Source: a bacterium (GTDB taxonomy: Bacteria; Zhuqueibacterota; Zhuqueibacteria; Zhuqueibacterales; Zhuqueibacteraceae). From it: 27,592 nucleotides of DNA. Position 1 is the first letter of the stretch, and each line of letters starts with the position of its first letter. Position numbers and translations under genes: made by a program. The DNA is taken from NCBI GenBank assembly GCA_044869275.1, contig JBIOXB010000157.1, positions 1 through 27,592 on the forward strand. Direction: 5' to 3'. Below are positions 24,914 through 27,592 of the stretch, piece after piece. The notes beneath the pieces were generated by a model that made no database searches, was not told the DNA's origin, and saw only the letters and a program-made list of their open reading frames with translations.

Positions 24914-25870
24914 GTGCTGAATGACGAACACATTTTGGCAGCGCTGCACCGTTTGCGAGGGCATCTGCACGCCACGCCGTGCGTGCGCCTGTCGTGGTTG
25001 GATGAATACGCGCAGGGCGCAGTGCATGCCAAGCCCGAAATTTTTCAGCGTTCCGGTTCTTTCAAATTCCGCGGGGCGCTGCATGCTTTGCTGCAGCTCG
25101 AGGCGCGAACACTGGCGGCCGGCGTGGTCACGGCCTCCGCTGGCAATCATGGCTTGGGAGTGGCGGAGGCGGCGCGCGAGTTGCAAATCAGGCCCATCAT
25201 TTTCGTTCCTACGACGGTGGCGCCGTTAAAGCGCAAGAAATTGGAAGATCTGGGGGTGAATTTGGTCATAACCGGTGCGGATTATGATGAAGCGGAAGAG
25301 GCGGCGAAAAAATACGCGCACCTGCATGGTTTGAAATTCATTCATGCATTCGATGACGACGAGGTGATTGCCGGCCAGGGCACGGTGGGTGTGGAGCTGC
25401 TGCAGGAGTCCCTGCAAATCGGTGCCGTGGTCGTGCCGGTGGGGGGCGGAGGGTTGTTGGGCGGAGTCAGTCTGGTGATGAAAGCGCTGCGCCCGGAGAC
25501 TCGTGTCGTCGGCGTGCAAAGCGAAGCTTCTCCGGCGATGTGGGCAGCCTGGCAGAAAGACGCAGTGGTGGAAACGCCCATCGCTGAAACTGTCGCGGAT
25601 GGCCTGGCCGGCCGCTTTGTGACGGAAAAAACTTTGCGTCTCACGCAAAAATATTGTGATGAAATACTGCTCGTGCGCGAAAGCACCATCCGGCAAGCCA
25701 TGCGAGAAATCTTTGCAAGAGAAGGCTGGCGCGTGGAAGGCTCGGCCGCGGTGGGTATTGCCGCAATTTTAGAAGGCAAAATTCATGCTGCCGGCAAAGA
25801 CTGCGTGGTGATATTGTCGGGCGGGAATGTCGCGGCTGAGACTTTCGACCAACAGACCCAAATGCTTTAG
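24914..25870 (+). CDS. PLP-dependent threonine/serine dehydratase (no regulatory ACT domain)
   Basis: KPEIFQRSGSFKFRGA, SAGNHG, IAGQGTVG, VPVGGGGLLGG, TVADGL, ILSGGN; AAAGGTGA RBS. Confidence 0.9.
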   Translation: MLNDEHILAALHRLRGHLHATPCVRLSWLDEYAQGAVHAKPEIFQRSGSFKFRGALHALLQLEARTLAAGVVTASAGNHGLGVAEAARELQIRPIIFVPTTVAPLKRKKLEDLGVNLVITGADYDEAEEAAKKYAHLHGLKFIHAFDDDEVIAGQGTVGVELLQESLQIGAVVVPVGGGGLLGGVSLVMKALRPETRVVGVQSEASPAMWAAWQKDAVVETPIAETVADGLAGRFVTEKTLRLTQKYCDEILLVRESTIRQAMREIFAREGWRVEGSAAVGIAAILEGKIHAAGKDCVVILSGGNVAAETFDQQTQML

Positions 25871-27525
25871 AAATTTCGATTCAACCGAAACGTCACCACG
25901 AGATCCGCTTTTTCATCCAGCCGCTTGGCAAAATTCAGGCGCACGCGGCCGTCGTTGTCGGTGAGGCCGATGCCGGCGCTGGTATTGAGGCGGTCGAAGC
26001 GAAAATAGTCGAAGGACTCACCCACACCGGATTTGTCCTCGGCGGACCATGCCATGCCGGCGTCGCCGAAGAAGACGAGATTCAGTTCGCCGAGCAACGG
26101 AATGTCGCGCAACCGGCTGCGGCCGGCGTCGAGACGATATTCGAGATTTCCCAGTACCATGCGGTCGCCGGTGAAGGATTTCAAACGATAGCCCTGCAGC
26201 GTGGAAAGCCCGCCGAGATCGAACAAATACTGCGACGGTAGGACACCGCGGCTGCTGCCGGCGCGCAAGCGAAAATCGAGATTCTTGCCGAAGCCCACCG
26301 GTTGATAACGCCTCAAATCAACGACGACGCGGTCGAAGTCAAAATCGCTGTCCCATTCCGGCAGATTGAACTCGCCGTCGAATTGCAGCCACCAGCCGTG
26401 ATCGGGGTGCATGCGGTGGTTGCGCGTATCCACGCTGAAATGCGCGATCACGCCGATGGCCCGGCCTTCGTCTGCCGGCGGATTGTCGCGATAATTCTTG
26501 CTCCTGCCGAACAGGGCCCATTCCGTTTCTTTGATTTGGGCAATGTGGTCCTCGAACTGATAACCCACTTTCAGATCAACCGTCTCGCGCACGTTGGGAT
26601 TGAGATACACACTGAAGCCGGAACGGCGATAGTAATCGCGAAAATCCTCGTTCAAGAAAAATGCCGCGAGGCTGTTTTCGTCTTCGGAAATGGTCCAATC
26701 GTCTTCGCTCGCGGTGAAATCGTGCGCTTCGGCGCCGAGGGCAATGCGCGCTTCGCCGCCGCCGGCGTAAAATTCCCCGCCGGCTTGATATTGCCACAAC
26801 TCATTTGAGAAACCGTAGCCACCGCCCCCGAAAATCCCCACGCCCCAATCATTGTCATACAAGCGCGGCAGCTCGAGCCCCAAAAACAAGCCATCGACGC
26901 GCTGATAATGCACCTTGCCTTTAATGGAAGCGGTGTAGCGATTACGCCGGCTCCACTGGCGCCAATCTGTCCAATCGTGGCGGCGGTGTTCAGACTGGCT
27001 GGCGGAATAGCCGTTGTCCAACGAGCGTGGCGAGGCTTCCACTTGATCACCGGTGATGCGGCTGCCGCTCGCGCGGTTGATGCGGCCACCGACGCAAACC
27101 ACGTCGCCCTCCACGCTGGCGGTCGCGCGCACCTCGACCTCTCCGCATAGGACCAGAACCGATCCTTCGACCTCTCCAGCCAAAATCAAATTGCCGCCGC
27201 TCACCACTAAGTGCCCAACGTGTTTTTCACCCTCCGGCAATTCGTAATCTTGCGTGTAACGCACGACGATATCCGGATCGCGCTTGCGCAGGAAACGCCG
27301 TTCCGCGCGGCGACGCAGCTCATCGTCGCATTCGCCGCGATCATAGCTCGTGCGGCCGGAATCTCCGGCGGTAAAATCCCTTTGGGCTGAGTTTTCTTTG
27401 CCGCGCGAAGCCGATTGCGCCTCCGTGGAAAGCAAGAATCCCAGCAATAGCATAAGCGCCATCATCACGAAGATCAGAATTAAAGCCTGTTTGAGCTGAA
27501 TGCCGTTGGTATTCATTTTTTGCAT
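25867..27525 (-). CDS. Omp85/BamA-TamA-like outer membrane beta-barrel with N-terminal bactofilin-like beta-helix
   Basis: Signal sequence; repeats GHLVVSGGNLILAGEVEGSVLVLCGEVEV..VEGDVVCVGGRI; barrel YQRVDGLFLG, DFRDYY, LGGLSTLQGY, GNLEYR, FGDAG; C-terminal F; GAGGGAG RBS. Confidence 0.75.
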   Translation of the reverse strand: MQKMNTNGIQLKQALILIFVMMALMLLLGFLLSTEAQSASRGKENSAQRDFTAGDSGRTSYDRGECDDELRRRAERRFLRKRDPDIVVRYTQDYELPEGEKHVGHLVVSGGNLILAGEVEGSVLVLCGEVEVRATASVEGDVVCVGGRINRASGSRITGDQVEASPRSLDNGYSASQSEHRRHDWTDWRQWSRRNRYTASIKGKVHYQRVDGLFLGLELPRLYDNDWGVGIFGGGGYGFSNELWQYQAGGEFYAGGGEARIALGAEAHDFTASEDDWTISEDENSLAAFFLNEDFRDYYRRSGFSVYLNPNVRETVDLKVGYQFEDHIAQIKETEWALFGRSKNYRDNPPADEGRAIGVIAHFSVDTRNHRMHPDHGWWLQFDGEFNLPEWDSDFDFDRVVVDLRRYQPVGFGKNLDFRLRAGSSRGVLPSQYLFDLGGLSTLQGYRLKSFTGDRMVLGNLEYRLDAGRSRLRDIPLLGELNLVFFGDAGMAWSAEDKSGVGESFDYFRFDRLNTSAGIGLTDNDGRVRLNFAKRLDEKADLVVTFRLNRNF

Positions 27526-27592
27526 AATGGCTCCCTCACATTATGGCAGACTGACCGGTCGCTTCTGTTCCTTATTGGTTTTTGTCATTCAT

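Overview
Bacterial chromosomal segment, GC-rich (high-50s % by eye), from a diderm, LPS-producing organism that uses the futalosine menaquinone pathway. The gene content is compatible with an FCB-related lineage such as KSB1 or Calditrichota, but that is inference only. About 25 protein-coding genes, mostly housekeeping or envelope. In order: an LPS operon (LpxL-type acyltransferase, WaaF, LMW phosphatase, second GT9), DUF3108-like protein, mqnC, M23 endopeptidase, mqnD, a receiver+Fis-HTH regulator lacking an AAA+ domain plus a small unknown protein, a minus-strand nadE - FHA - LysM/FecR - CHASE2/Ser-Thr kinase cluster, HU divergent from a histone-H1-like protein, hisN, PlsC-type acyltransferase, NodB deacetylase, Ig-like lipoprotein, lysA, two tandem SPOR proteins, a threonine/serine dehydratase and an Omp85-like barrel with a bactofilin-like N-terminus. 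I saw no rRNA, tRNA, CRISPR array or transposase. The best candidate for an uncharacterised system is the FHA/LysM-FecR/CHASE2-kinase signalling module. Several intergenic regions hold unexplained structure: a 117-nt closed fold-back after the H1-like gene, a structured nadE leader with a terminator-like hairpin, a long rod upstream of the FecR gene, 7- and 10-nt-periodic palindromic repeats, and a 24-bp repeat shared by two sites 17.7 kb apart. All calls come from reading motifs by eye; no database searches were run.
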